From Eledone cirrhosa (Eukaryota): DNA of 64,000 nt. The stretch covers positions 110,856,001 to 110,920,000 of the forward strand of contig OZ024745.1 in assembly GCA_964016885.1 (NCBI GenBank), in the 5' to 3' direction. Of this stretch, positions 12,389 to 25,490 are shown one piece after another (positions within the stretch are counted from its first letter, which is position 1; every line of letters starts with the position of its first letter). Made by a program: the position numbers and the translations under genes. A model generated the notes under the pieces. The model made no database searches, was not told where the DNA came from, and saw nothing but the letters and a program-made list of their open reading frames with translations.

Positions 12389-13109
12389 TACTTATATTCT
12401 TTGTTACAGAGAGCTAAAACTGAAAACATTTTAGAACTTAAATGAGATCTGAAATAAGTTAATGTTCAGGTTTCTAACAGATATACTGAGTTTTAGATTG
12501 TCATTGCTTCATGATTAGATCAAATATGAAAATTATTTTCATTCATGACTCAAATTCAAAGTAGAACTGTTGGCTTTTTTTTCTTTTCTTTTCTTTTCTT
12601 TTTTCTCTAAACTTTAACATTTTAAGGCAAACAATTTTGAATTGTGCTTTTATTTTGTATAGATTTTCATTAGAATTTCAAATTTGATATAGGACTATTG
12701 CTTAGTGAGATAATTTTATATACTTTTTGTGTAACTGGAAAAGTTTTATATCCATCATACTGAGATTCTTCTTGTGTATTTCTGGAAATCTGTTGCTAAC
12801 TGTGATAACGATGTTGTTGTTTGTTTGCCAGCACTGTTAATATTGGAAGACATAATTTTGATTTCTGTTTGAAGTAAATTCATCTTGTTTTCTAAATACT
12901 TTAAAAAAATCACAAATACTTTGCTACATCCTCTTCTGTGCCCTTTTAAATCTCATATCAAATTACTGTTTTAAATTAATATATTTACAGACTAAAGCTA
13001 CTGCAATTGATCAAACATTTTCACCGAAAGGAAATTAATAACTAAAATTGATCAGATTTATTGAATCATTTCCCTTTTCTTTATTTATTGCTCTTACATT
13101 TACTGTTTA

Positions 13110-13320
13110 CTGTAAAGTGGTTGTGTAGGCAACACGGCCAAAAGCACCCAGCACACACTGTAAATATGGTTGGTGTTAGGAAGAGCATCCAGTCATAGAA
13201 ACCAAGCCAAAATCAGTTCTGTGTGAGCGAATCACGGTCCCCCGAGCTAATCCCTCACAAAGGGACAGCCTGTCCTACCCATGCTAGCATAGAAAATGGA
13301 CGTTAAATGATGATGATGAT
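13110..13320 (+). mobile_element. 3' part of RTE-tailed SINE
   Basis: AAAAGCACCCAGCAC..GGTTGGTGTTAGGAAGAGCATCCAG..CCCATGCTAGCATAGAAAATGGACGTTAAA(TGA)n; homologous to 54561-54750 and to the 3' ends of the 38527/50513/63083 family. Confidence 0.75.
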
Positions 13321-14009
13321 GTCTGTCTATGTCTTGTAATTTAGCAGTTCAATGACAAGAGATCGATAGAATAAGTACTGGGGTTCATAAGATTGACTAA
13401 ATACCTTCAAGGCTGTGTGCTCTAGCTATACCAGAGCCGAATAAGTAAAACATGTAAAAAAAATAAAATAAAATTAGAATATTTCTTTCTTTTCTCTTTT
13501 TGCTTCACCCCCCTGTTCTGAATGGTAGGTGCAAAAATTAGTCTTCTTTGTTCAGAATCTGTGTTTCCATGTGAAGACTATTATCTGTAAAGCTTCTGCA
13601 AAGACAATACAATCAATTTTATGAATTATGTATAACTCATAGAACTGATTATATTCATATAAGGCAGCAAGTTAGCAAAGTCATTAGAGTGTTGAATTTT
13701 TTCTGGCTATCTATTCACTCACTGATTTCAAGTTCCACTGAGATCAACTTTGGCTTTCATCATTACAAGGTGGATAAATAAAGTACCAATCAAATACTGA
13801 TTTTTCTCTCTCCATACACACACACACACGGGGAGACCACTTAGAGAGTCCTTTTCTTGAGAAATGAAGAGGAATTAAGCAAGGGGCCAAGCAGACTCTT
13901 CTGATTATCCTCAAAGAAAAATTGCTATGCTTTTAAAATTGTTCAAGTATGGCTCAGTGTGTAGTACAACATGGAATGGTAATAGAAAAAAAATCTAAAC
14001 ATACATTTA

Positions 14010-14365
14010 GGCAGGCATGGCTGTGTGGTTGAGGAGTTTGGTTTGCAGTCACATAGTTTCAGATTCAGTTTCACCGTGGGACTCCTTAGGCAAGTTGTCT
14101 TTTTTTATAGATTCAGGTTGACCAATGTATTGTCAGTGAATTTTGGAAGGCAAGATTTCTGGAATCACATTGTATATGTATATAAATATATATATATAAA
14201 TACATATATATAATGTCTGTGTTTACATTAATGTTTATGTTCAACAAAAATAAATAGTACTGAGGTCGATATGATCAACTATCAACTAAATCCATCCCTT
14301 CAAGGCAATGCCCCAACATGGTCGCAGTCTAATGACTAAAGCCAATAAAAGAATAAAAGAATATA
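14010..14365 (+). mobile_element. tRNA-headed SINE of a third family ((AAAGAAT)n-type tail), diverged
   Basis: Head GGCAGGCATGGCTGTGTGGTT (A box); tail CTTCAAGGCAATGCCCCAACATGGTCGCAGTCTAATGACTAAAGCCAATAAAAGAATAAAAGAATA. Related pieces at ~13330-13470 (+), ~15820-16110 (-), ~39685-40000 (+), ~45815-45940 (-) and ~47940-48245 (-). Confidence 0.65.
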
Positions 14366-17300
14366 TACATATGTATGTATATATCTGTGTTTGTGTTATT
14401 TATTTAATTAAGCACAATGATGGTAGTCATAACAGGAACTTATTATTCTCCACAGCACCTAGTTATTTCAATGACATCTGATAGCATCTTGTTCATTGAA
14501 CTAACTCTCTTCACTTTATACTTGTAGAAAGCTATCACTAGAAACCTTTCTTCTGTCTCTTGATTGCATTATTAATTTATTTATAGATTCTTCTTCTTCT
14601 TCTATCTACTTCAGTTTTAGTATTAGTTATTTGTTGATTTGTTTTTTTTTTGGCTTTTTTAATCACCAAGCCTCTTGAAAAAGCTCTTCTACAAAAATGA
14701 TAAAGTTAGAAACAGCAATAATGGCATGTTTCAGTGTATTCATATTATATCTTTGGTTAGTTGGTAGTGTGTGGAGAGAGAGTGAGAATGGGAAGGGTGA
14801 AAGAAAGGGGGAGTATACTAGCTGTGTGTATGGATATTCCACAGTACAAAATAAGCTAGTAGAGTATTTCACCAGTTCCCTGGAATAGTGATACATGTGA
14901 ACATATGTGCATAAAAGAACACATACACATAGATACAGCATATTTGCAATATCATAAACTACTCCATTGTTTATTATTGAAAAAATCATTAGGAGTATAC
15001 TGTTCTAAAATATATTATATACATCCACTGTAAGGAGGAGGAAGTCAATTGACAAGATGCCAGACCTAATTTACTTACATCAAATCAGACCAAGGAAACA
15101 ATGTTTCCATTGGTCTTTCTATTGCTGATACTATCTACTGGTAGCAACCTGTGGCAGAAAGAGCAATGTGGAATAAAGTGTCTTGCTCAAGTACATAACA
15201 CATTGCCAAGTCTGGGAATCAAACTTTCAACCTCACAATTTCAAATCCAATTCTCTAGCTACCAAGTTATGATAGCGTACCTTAAATATTTCTTTCATTA
15301 ATATTTAACTTATATATTTATTAGCAGTTCTATAACAATCTTACTGTTGAATACATGATTTGATCATTGGATGTATTTCTCACATTACTTGAGACATATT
15401 AAAAGTTAGTGTCTGGCCTGAAGACAACTTTGAGTCAGTAATAGAGAGGGATTATGTATTTAACTTAGCTGATCTGTCTAGTGCTACTACAAAATGATGA
15501 AAGTATACTGCAATATACTTAATTGACTCACATAGCTTCTATAAAATTAATTCTCCTCCCATCTCTGAAAATTCATTTCAAATAGATTAACATCTTTTCA
15601 GGGCATTCCACTGTTTACTCAGGCTTATTTCACTTTGATATCCTCTTCAAGAAAATTAACTGCAAATTCCTCAATAATATGTGTCAATTTTGTAATTTGC
15701 CTCTTCATTAAAATGTAAAAGAAAAGACAGATTTTAAATAATGTATCTGCATGTGAAGCCTAAGTGATATCCTTTTAAATCCCAGTTTTATTTTGTTTAC
15801 TCTTACTATTCATATGAAATATTCTCTTATTCTTTTACTGGTTTCAGTCATGAGACTCATTCATGCTGGGGCACTGCCTTGAAAAGATCTTTAGTCAATC
15901 ATACCAATCTTAGTACCTATTTTTCCAAGTTTGATACTTATTTTATAAATTTCTATTTGTCGAACAACTAAGTTATAGGACAAACAAACAGTAAACATAA
16001 ATGCTTGCGTGCACACACACAGTGGAATGCCCAAGGTGCAAGTGTCTTTTACTATAACCTGAAACTAAATTATTGTGATGTGAACCCTTTAATTACACAA
16101 CCCTTCCTACACCTATATTTTAATCTAACAAAATTAAATAACATAAGATAAACACTAGAATCTGAGGAGGCAAGTGATGGCCTGGATTGGTAGGCAAAAG
16201 ATAATTCAGTAAAAATCAAAAGTGGGATTCTGTGCTGTGAAGAGAAGGAAACACTGATATATTTTAAGCAAAGCTGTCTATTGATGATAACTAGAGAACA
16301 AATTTGTAAAAACAGAATAAGTGTATGCACTTTTATTGAGTTAGTTTTGCTTTCAAAATAAATAAGACTGATATAAGAGCATTTATCAATACTTATATAT
16401 AGATATTATTAAAACTACAAAATAAAATAAATGTTTCAAGTCCTGTGGGCTTGATTTTATAAAATATGAAGATGTAATTCTATATTTTAATAAATTTTGT
16501 TAAAATATTAGAAAATATATTAGTAAATAAACTAATAACATTCTCTTTTGTCATGTAAAATATAAATAAAAAAAGTAGTTTTAGGTAATACCAAATATAA
16601 TGGCTATGTCTACATTGATATTATTTTGATTAAAAACAAATTTCACTTTAGTCTAAGATTATAAATTTCCAGACATATAACCTAATCTTTAGAGAATATA
16701 TTTATAATGTTTATATCTACATAGCTAAGATGACAAATTTTCATAATTGTTTGAGCGTTGGATTGAAGGCTTTGCAGTATTCATTCTGACTCACTGTGCT
16801 CTGAGTTCAAATCTTATGTTAACTTTGCCTTTCGCCCCTTTGAAGGGTTGATAAATAAAGTACCAGATCAGTATTGGGTTTGATTGATTTCTCTCTCTAA
16901 AAAAATTTGGTTGTGGTCAGCGTGTTAGAGAGGAATGATCTCCACTAGGTTTAGATGCCCAACACACGCCATATGTTACAAGGCAAAGTATCTACATATA
17001 CATCTACACTATATTGTGATTGGTTTGATCTAATCATTAGCTGAATGGAAATGAATAATACAGACACCTGATAGCAATCAGAGATTGAATTGATTAAACT
17101 ACAGTGTAGGTATAAATATTGTAAATATATGCTGTGTAGATGAATCAAGAAAATTATAATCTTTATAACAAAACCTCATCTCAAACATTTACTAATTTAT
17201 TCAGTTATTTAGTTAAATTTTTCTTTGTTTTAAACCACTTTCTATTACCAGTTCTATTTTGAACAACATTCACCATCATTCTCAATTTCTTAAATATTTT

Positions 17301-18390
17301 CATTAACAAATATATAAATACATTCATCAAATTTATTTACCAAATTTAAACTGACAATCACATTTGTCCAATGACCTTCACAAATGTCTTAATCTAGAGG
17401 TAGCGACATTAAAATAATCATGTATATCAACAACAAATTAACTATGCATTTTTATTTTCAAACTAAATGTCTATAATTTTCAATATATTTTATTTCTTCA
17501 GGAAAAAATGTTGTACAAATAAAAACAAATTGTGTTTCAAAACAATTGGATTTAGTGTATATATAGTTTAAGTATTGTGCTTACTTAAGTACTGCAACTT
17601 TATTTTAAAAATCTATATATATGAGCTGAAAGTTGCTTTTGCCCTTGCAAAAAGAAAAATATTACTAAACTGCTTTTCTTTTCAAATCACACCAAAATAT
17701 TTTCCTAATCAATGAATTTGAATTTCTACTTATTCATTTTTAATGTTCATTTTCTGTGAAAGGAAATTCTAAAATTGTCAATTACTAGCTTGGAAGTATT
17801 AACATTTTTCTTGGCATAGAATATTACCATATTTCATATTCAAATAAATCCATTATATTATTGTACAGCATGAGTATATATATATATATATATAAGTATA
17901 TAGCTTGTTATTGACAGACACCAAATGGTAAATTGGTCAAAAGACAGATAAACTGAAACGAACTTGGTTGGTTTTTACTTAATATAAGGCTTTAATATAT
18001 TTATTTTAATTGGTTATGTTGAGGAGACTAAAATATAACAAACACATATATTTGATTCCATCAGATCAGTATTAAGAACATTGATATGTTAATTCAATCG
18101 ATATCTTGGAATTGGTTGTATGTGAATAGGACTCTGTTGAAATACTGATACAATAAAAATATATATAACCCAGACATGTATACACATACATCCTAATCAT
18201 CATGTTCGTTTTACCATCATTGCATGGCCTCTCCACTTGTCTCTTTCCTTTGTGATCTCCTTTGTATGGCTCAGCAATCTGAAATCAATTTTACCATCTC
18301 TGCCCAAGACTTACGTGGCTTTTCTCTTCTACAACTTTATTCCTCTTGTAACTTCCGATACTATATTATATTATATTATACTATATTATA

Positions 18391-18579
18391 GGTGGATTGG
18401 CAGTATTGGTAGAGGGTCGGACGCTATGCTTTGACGCATAGAGTTACGGCCCTTGCCATTCTGAGTTCAAATCCTGCCGAGGTTAACATTGCTTTTCATC
18501 CTTACGGGGGTTGATAAAATAAAGTACCAGTAATGCACTGGGTAATTGCTGGCCTTGTGCCAAAAGTAGAAACAATTAT
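18391..18579 (+). mobile_element. Young tRNA/Nin-domain SINE, nearly full length
   Basis: A box TGGCAGTATTGG, B box GAGTTCAAATCC, Nin-like core TTTTCATCCTTACGGGGGTTGATAAAATAAAGTACCAG and tail GGCCTTGTGCCAAAAGTAGAAACAATTAT; close to the copies at 22458, 51423, 59017, 59218 and 61345. Confidence 0.9.
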
Positions 18580-20552
18580 ATTATTCTATATTATATTATA
18601 TTTATTCTCGAGCAAATTTTGATGTTGAATTTGTTTAAATGTGTCATATACACTGAAAAATGTGGTACCTAACTTATTTATTTTAATCCATTAAAATTAT
18701 ACTTGTATTTGAATGAAAAATATTTCTAAATGTTTTTCTAGAAGCAATTCTAAAGAAGGACTATTTAGTATATTCTTATTATTCCTTATATTCTTCAGAT
18801 ATACAAAGTGTATGTACACACATATATCTGTGTCCTTTCACAAATATATGTTTATGTATGTACAAACCAGCACACATGTGGACATGTTATTTTTCAATTA
18901 CTACTAAACAAAAATTTATATTTTTTATTAATTTAGGTATAGAGTTTAATTTGCATAACAATGGCTGTACACCAGTAAAGAACATATTTATTTTTATAAC
19001 TAATTTTAACATAAAAAATGTATCAAAAATCAGTGTCTTTAATTAAATTGTGTTTGTGAGCTTTTTCTCGGGAAGTTTCTTCCTTCCTTGTCTCATATTT
19101 CATTTCTTAGTAGTTTCTTTTTTTTTTTTTTCTTTCAAACACTCAAATTGACTGGCATATAGTGGAAATTTTAAGCAGCATTTTTGTTGTATTAGAAATA
19201 AGATTTTGTAGGGGGTAGACAGTGTTTTATTTCAAATATTTCATTGACATCTTTCTGATGTAAGATACTGGCTACAATTTCAAAATCATTTTGAAAATAA
19301 AAAATTTGGAAGGAATTAGTAATATGACTAATTTTCTCCTTATTAAGCTTGTGTTTGGAACATAACAACTGTTTGTACATAAAATTAGGATGGAAAACTT
19401 TTTATGTAAATATAAACACTTTAAAATAAACATTGTTGCATTGTAGAACAAGGAGTGTTTTCACATAGTTTGGTATTAAAAGAGGTAAATAGAAAAATTC
19501 TGTTTAACTCTTTAGAATATTTATTTTTCTTCAGTTTCTGTAGCTTCCTTCTCATTATTTCAATGTTATGTATTTTCCTTCAGCCAATAATTCATTTCTT
19601 TATCTAAGTATAATATATTTTGTATTAAGTGAACACATGAAAATACATAGATGATTACAAGTATTCTAGTTTTTTTTTGTGATACATTTCAAATCTTAGT
19701 AGTACAATAATGTGTCCATTTTGTTTCAGTTTAAAACATATTGTTATTTCCATTAACATCACCCTGCTTGATACAACCTTTGATTCTATGATACAAAACC
19801 TCCATTTTAAGATGTTTATATTTGAATTGAAAGCTTACATCCATTTTATCTAATAACTTTTTGTTAAGCTATATTCCAAACACCTGCTTAATAATTGAAC
19901 AAGTTAGTTATTTAACAAAGTTCCTTCCAAATTTTTTATTGTTTTCAAAATTAATTGAAGTATATAGTTATCAGGCCTGATTGAACAGTTTTATAATCAA
20001 AGGTGCTCCACAGTTTCCTTCCAAATTTTTTTGTTTTCTTCAGACTTTAGTGCAGTTAAGACTATATTAGATAGTAACATGTGATTGCAGTGACATTTGG
20101 CTCCTAATTCTAGCAAGTCTCATAGATAAAAATGCAGTACTGATCAAGTACTGGAATCATTTACCCACCTCCCAAATTTGTAGCTTTGTGCCAGTGTTAA
20201 AAATCAATGTTGTCCCCTTGTAATGGGATACAATTCCATGAAACTTCAACTAATCAGGTCTATCTATACCTTATTTATTCAATCATTAATTGTGAAAATA
20301 ATAAGCAGGATTCTGAAGGTATTTTTGAGATGTTGAAATAATAATTCAAAGATATTCAAAAAGTATAAGAAATGACATTGAAAAAAGAATTATCAGATTT
20401 TTTTTTTTTTTTTTTAGTATAAATGCAAATTGAAATACATTTTCAAATAGCCCTTGTTCCCAAACAGGCTTTGTACTTTTACCAAAATGTTCTATTTTTT
20501 CATATTTTTTAATGTCATATTTACGAGGCATTATTTTTTTGTTTATTTGCAG

Positions 20553-20791
20553 CACTAGACAAACTTGGATATCAGCATATTTTCCACATGGGTATGCAGG
20601 TAGAAATAGTTCAGCCAAATATAGTGTTTGATATTGCCAGTTTAATGCTCTATGGTGCACAGGCAACACCGATTCGCCTCAAGATCCTGTTGGATCGACT
20701 TTTTAGTGTCCTGCAGCATGAGGAGGTGCTTCAGGTGCTGCATGGATTCGGGTGGTCCTATGAAGATTATGCTCGAGGATATATCCTCCAG
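20553..20791 (+). CDS. BNC2: Internal coding exon of a basonuclin/Disco-family C2H2 zinc-finger transcription factor (BNC2-like), conserved N-terminal region
   Basis: Acceptor tttttttgtttatttgcAG (20551-52), donor CAG|GTTAGT (20792); 239 bp, phase 1 in, phase 0 out. Encodes (A)[79 protein letters not shown], matching recalled vertebrate BNC2 [75 protein letters not shown]1 vs BNC2 orthology cannot be resolved for an invertebrate gene. Confidence 0.95.
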
Positions 20792-20879
20792 GTTAGTTCT
20801 GTTTCCGTAATTGTTAATGTTGTCACTGTTGTTGTATCAGTAGTAATTTCATTTATATGAACTTTAATTGAAACAAAAC

Positions 20880-21077
20880 AATATATCTATATATATGTAT
20901 GTCTATATATATATATGTATATATATGTATGTCTATATATAGATATATGTATATATATGTATGTATATATGTATATATATATATGTATATATATATACAT
21001 ATATATATATATGTGTATATATATGTATATATATATATATATGTATATATATGTATATATATGTATGTATATATATG

Positions 21078-21110
<33 letters not shown>

Positions 21111-21293
21111 GTATATATATGTGTATATATATGTATATATATATATGTGTATATATATATATGTGAATATATATGTATATATATATATGTGTATATATAT
21201 ATGTATATATATATGTATATATATATATATGTGTATATATATATGTATATATATATGTATATATATATATATGTGAATATATATATGTATATA

Positions 21294-21326
<33 letters not shown>

Positions 21327-21327
21327 T
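20880..21327. repeat. Interrupted (TA)n/(TATG)n microsatellite
   Basis: Seen directly. Confidence 0.95.
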
Positions 21328-21809
21328 TCAACTTGAGAGTTTTTTTACCTTTTTATTTATTTATTTATAAATATACATCAAACAGCTTTATTCAGATGTT
21401 TTACAGAAATCAGATTTCATTCTTCAATTTATTTATTTATTGCTTCTGATTCGCTCTTGTTTTGTATTTATTTGTAACAAAATAGTCCACAGCAGGATAC
21501 ATGTATTGTATTTATCTAGAGTGAAATGATTTAAGTCTCAGGCTCAGCTAGCTCTGGCTGACAGTACCTGTAACGGGCATTATAGAACCTTACACTTCTT
21601 TCCTTGACTTTGAAACAACAGGTTAGGTTTCAACCTGTGTTGAGAGGAGAGGAAGTGGGGAGCCTGAAGATAGCAGCATTCCATTGCTGGAGAAATGAAC
21701 AACAGACAACCTGGTCAGGAAGCATATACTATGACAGAGCTTGCAACCATGTGGAATGAAGATCTCTTGTTGTTCAATGCTCCATAAGGAGCAAAATGAA
21801 GTAAAGAAG

Positions 21810-22240
21810 ATCATCATCATTATCATTATCATTATCGTTTAATGTCTGCTTTCCCTACTGAAGTGGGGCTACTGCCATCCCAGACAGGCCAAGGAGGTCT
21901 ATATCCTGCTAATGTATGGTCATTATTGAGTGCTGAGGAGGAGTTGTCATGTCTTTGATAGAAACTGAAGAATCTTCATAGCCTCTTGTTTGGCAAGTTT
22001 TCTATGGCTGGAAGCCCTTCCTTACACCAACCACTTTACAGCGTGTACTGGGTGCTTTTATTGTGTAGATCACTAGAGAGGTTTTCGTGTCTTTGACACA
22101 TCTGAAGGGTCCTCTCAACTCTTTTGAGCATGGTTTCTACAGCGAGGTGCCCTTACTGTTGTCGACCACCCATATGAAATGTAATAGGTGCATTTTTGTG
22201 GCACTATCATTAGAGGTTGTTGGTCATAGATCCAACTGTA
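21810..22240 (-). mobile_element. Diverged RTE-tailed SINE or retroposon pieces
   Basis: (CAT)n tail, TTTCTATGGCTGGAAGCCCTTCCTTACACCAACCACTTTACAGCGTGTACTGGGTGCTTTT; similar pieces at ~52515-52860, ~53215-53535 and ~54880-55020. Confidence 0.6.
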
Positions 22241-22457
22241 GAGCCCTCACAGCTCTGGGGAGGAGGAAATAGGGGAGGGAGATAGGTATTAAGTTATAGG
22301 TCTTTGTGAGAATGGGTAGAGATGGCTGATTAGGGTATGGGGATGTAGTGGTATGTGGGATGTGGTAAATATGGTGGGGGTGGGGCATGATGGAAAAAAG
22401 GTGAAGGGTAAGACATAGAAGTAGTTAGTGTATGGGGAGAGTAGATATATTAACATT

Positions 22458-22752
22458 CGGTGAATTGGCAGTATCGGTAGAGGGTTGGACGCCATGCTTT
22501 GACGCATAGAGTTACGGCCCTTGCCATTCTGAGTTCAAATCCCGCCGAGGTTAACTTTGCCTTTCATCCTTATGGGGTCGATAAAATAAAGTACCAGTAA
22601 TGTACTGGATAATTGCTGGCCTTGTGCCAAAAGTAGAAACAATTATTTAGACTTGACTTTGCTTTCATCCTTACGGGGTCGATAAAATAAAGTACCAGTA
22701 ATGCACTGGGTAATTGCTGGCCTTGTGCCTAAAGTAGAAACAATTATTTAGA
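22458..22752 (+). mobile_element. Young Nin-SINE (22458-22647) followed by a second 5'-truncated copy (22656-22748)
   Basis: Family motifs as at 18391; both copies end AATTATTTAGAC. Confidence 0.9.
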
Positions 22753-23029
22753 CATACTCCATTGAGTAGGGGTACAGTTGAGTAGATCTATGATCAAATG
22801 TATTCCAGCTATGACCATCCTGTGTTGCTGTTTTTTTCTGACAGAATGTAGTCATAACCTACCATCATGCTTTTTTTTAAGCTAGTAGGTTATAACATTT
22901 GTGATTTTCTGAAGATTTGGCTACTATTTCTAACATGTTGCATGACCACATAGAGGCTTACTTATTGGTTCAAACAGATTCCAGTGATGACTGTACCATA
23001 GAGAATTGCAGGGAAATTACTACTAGCGA

Positions 23030-23250
23030 TGGGATCTAACATTTGATGAAAATCGTGGCAGATCATCATAAAGAACTTTGTTGGTAGTGTGACTTTGCCA
23101 TGAAATGTTGAACACCATACATAACATCTTGATATAGGAACCATTAAGTCACCTTGAGCAAGCGACTCAGAGACCAGGATTCTGAACCATATAGTAAGAT
23201 CGTTTCGGCCGTAGCTTTGAAGAATTTGCAGTTCATAGATCTTGCCTAAA
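23030..23250 (-). mobile_element. RTE-clade LINE fragment (region downstream of the RT core)
   Basis: Minus strand gives KFFKATAETILLYGSESWSL, then after a frameshift NGSYIKMLCMVFNISWQSHTTNKVLYDDLPRFSSNVRS, matching the RTE pattern ESILLYGSETW..LDG.YTRMLR..LN.SW..H.TN..LY..LP. Confidence 0.85.
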
Positions 23251-24024
23251 AAAAAGATGAAGTAAAGTGCTATTCCGTCAATAAGTCAAAATATATCCAG
23301 CAATACATCAGTTGGGTCACTGTATATATTTATCATTCAGTAGGGAGGAATATAAGCAAGGCAAAAATGATATTTATTTGAAGATTGGTAAATTATATTT
23401 TAAAAAAGTAAACTTTACTAATAGGATTTGGAATAAGTTTGAATAGTTATATTTCTATGCTTTTACTCACTGAAGTTGGAATATTTTCATTCAAAAATCA
23501 ATCATTTTCTACATTCTAAATTCTATGAGCTATGCATAAGGTTCATGGTTTATTGATTTTCCTCTCTTCCATCATCTAATCTTTCAACTCTTTTCAATAG
23601 ATATTACTTAATTGATAATTATAAATAATGGCTTTGCTTAAAAATCTGTTAAAAGATAAAGGGACAAAAAAAATAATGTATGCATGCACACATACATATG
23701 CACACTTACATATATGATAGTATTTGTGCTTGAGATACATTTTACTCCACCTTTTATTAAAAATGAAAATAAATGTTCACCTAATGTATTTGAACTAATT
23801 CTGATTCATTAATACCAATATAGTTATTTTTAATATTTATAATTTCATAGAACTTTCTTCTTTATTAACAAAATATTAATCTTGCTGAAAATAACTGTAC
23901 ATTTTTGGAGGGTTATCTATCATAGAGTGCTCCATTCTCATGCATGAGATCTGGCTGATATTTCTAGAGAATATTCAGAAGTATATGCTTTATGGAGACT
24001 GTATATTCTTACTTAGAATAAGGA

Positions 24025-24244
24025 TTAACCCTTTCATGACCATATTTCTAATGACATAAACTTCATTTGAAATAATCAATGAAGAAGTTCAAGGGATATA
24101 CTTAAATTATCATTACACACTTTAATAAAAGTCCTTATATCAAAATATGCTAGATTTTAATTTAAATAGGAACCTTTTTTAAATGGGTAGTTTTGTTTTA
24201 TAGAACCAGAGTTGGTTTTAGGTAGGTTGGTATCAAAAGGGTAA
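24025..24244. mobile_element. TTAA-type (piggyBac-like) MITE
   Basis: TTAA-CCCTTTCATGACCA at the left end and TGGTATCAAAAGGG-TAA at the right end (imperfect TIRs); related copies at ~3212, ~19750 and ~58026. Confidence 0.6.
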
Positions 24245-24594
24245 TAGATATTTCTACCAAAATACAAGATAATAAAATCTAATTGTTCTACTAATTGATA
24301 ATTGATAATTGATACTTAGTTAATAGGGTACTGGACAACTATCTGAAGACTGGGCAGTTTGTGTTATTATGTTTTGATGTCTATGGCAATTTTCAATAGT
24401 CCTGTACACCTATCTTTAAGTAGGTACCACCAGGTGGTAGAAATAGAGTTCATGTTGTATACAGGAATTCATTACTGAGTTCAGTTCTATCTACAAAAAA
24501 GATTATTTGCAAGGTAGATTTCTTCTCATATGTTGAATGCTATGGAAGCTGGAGAAGAACACAAGCTCAGCTGACTGTTAAAAGGAAGGGACAG

Positions 24595-24810
24595 TAATAA
24601 TTATTTCTACTTTTGGCACAAGATCAGCAATTTGAAGGGAAGGAGAAAGCCGATTATATTGACCCCAGTACTTGACTGGTACTTTATTTTATCAATCCCT
24701 GAAGGAAAAAAGGCAAAGCTAACCTTTGCAGGATTTGAACTCAGAACCCATGCTGAGGACTAAATATTGAAAAACATCTTGTTAAAACTCTATTGATCTC
24801 ACTGCCCTAA
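24595..24810 (-). mobile_element. Nin-domain SINE, longer-tailed subfamily
   Basis: Reverse complement of the family: AATAATTATTTCTACTTTTGGCACAAG...CTGGTACTTTATTTTATC...AAAGGCAAAGCTAACC...GGATTTGAACTCAG. Confidence 0.8.
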
Positions 24811-25193
24811 TGCTACTGCTGACGATGATGATGATGATTATCTACTTTGTGGCTCAATAGTTATCAGTTCATTCATTATATGCAAATCCTGCTGATATGT
24901 ATTCACACATACACATAAGCATATGCATACTTAAGCATATATACATATTTCTTCATATAAGCTTATCTATTTTTTTTTTTATTATTGATCCATTAGGTTC
25001 AATTGTTTCTCCTGAATGGTATTCTCAGGAATTTATTTCAGGGTGTCTACCTTCCTTTGAAATATTATATTTGTTCATTTGATAAATATTTCTTATCTTA
25101 TAGCTGCCATAATACTTTTACAATTCACACTTTTTCAAAAATCTCAACTAAGAAAATTTCAAATATTTCATAACAATCATTCAATATATTTAT

Positions 25194-25490
25194 ATAATAA
25201 TGAATAATAATGAAATTATTGTGTAAAGTGCTCAGGTGCACTACAACTCGTCAAAGGTGCATGTATAGTACATAGAATAATATACAAATGTCAGGGAAGT
25301 GAATAGTGTATGAGTCATGATATACATGTGTGTATGTGTATGGAGGAGGAACATTAGGTGTAGTGTTGGCAAATCTCGGGAAGCATGGAGGTTTTAAAGG
25401 ATGCAGTGTCTCGACAGCTAACAACCGATGCAGGTAGTTTGTTCCATGCTTCAGCAACTCTGAGCATGAAAAAATGTTTCCGAAAGTCAT
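25194..25490 (-). mobile_element. CR1 LINE 3' end, same family as 1-973, 5'-truncated
   Basis: Near-identical reverse complement of 707-970. Encodes FRKHFFMLRVAEAWNKLPASVVSCRDTASFK (CR1 C-terminal RV..WN.LP..VV...FK motif); (ATT)n tail. Confidence 0.92.

Noticed and set aside
20792-20860. Extension of ORF 20588-20860 ([11 protein letters not shown]...) and its ATG start
   Set aside because: Homology stops at the GT donor (20792) and begins upstream of the ATG at the acceptor; the extension is intron read-through.
21660-21722. CTGAAGA, hairpin, then GAGAAA
   Set aside because: Extra bases before GAAA, and no stem III or stem I; at best a remnant.
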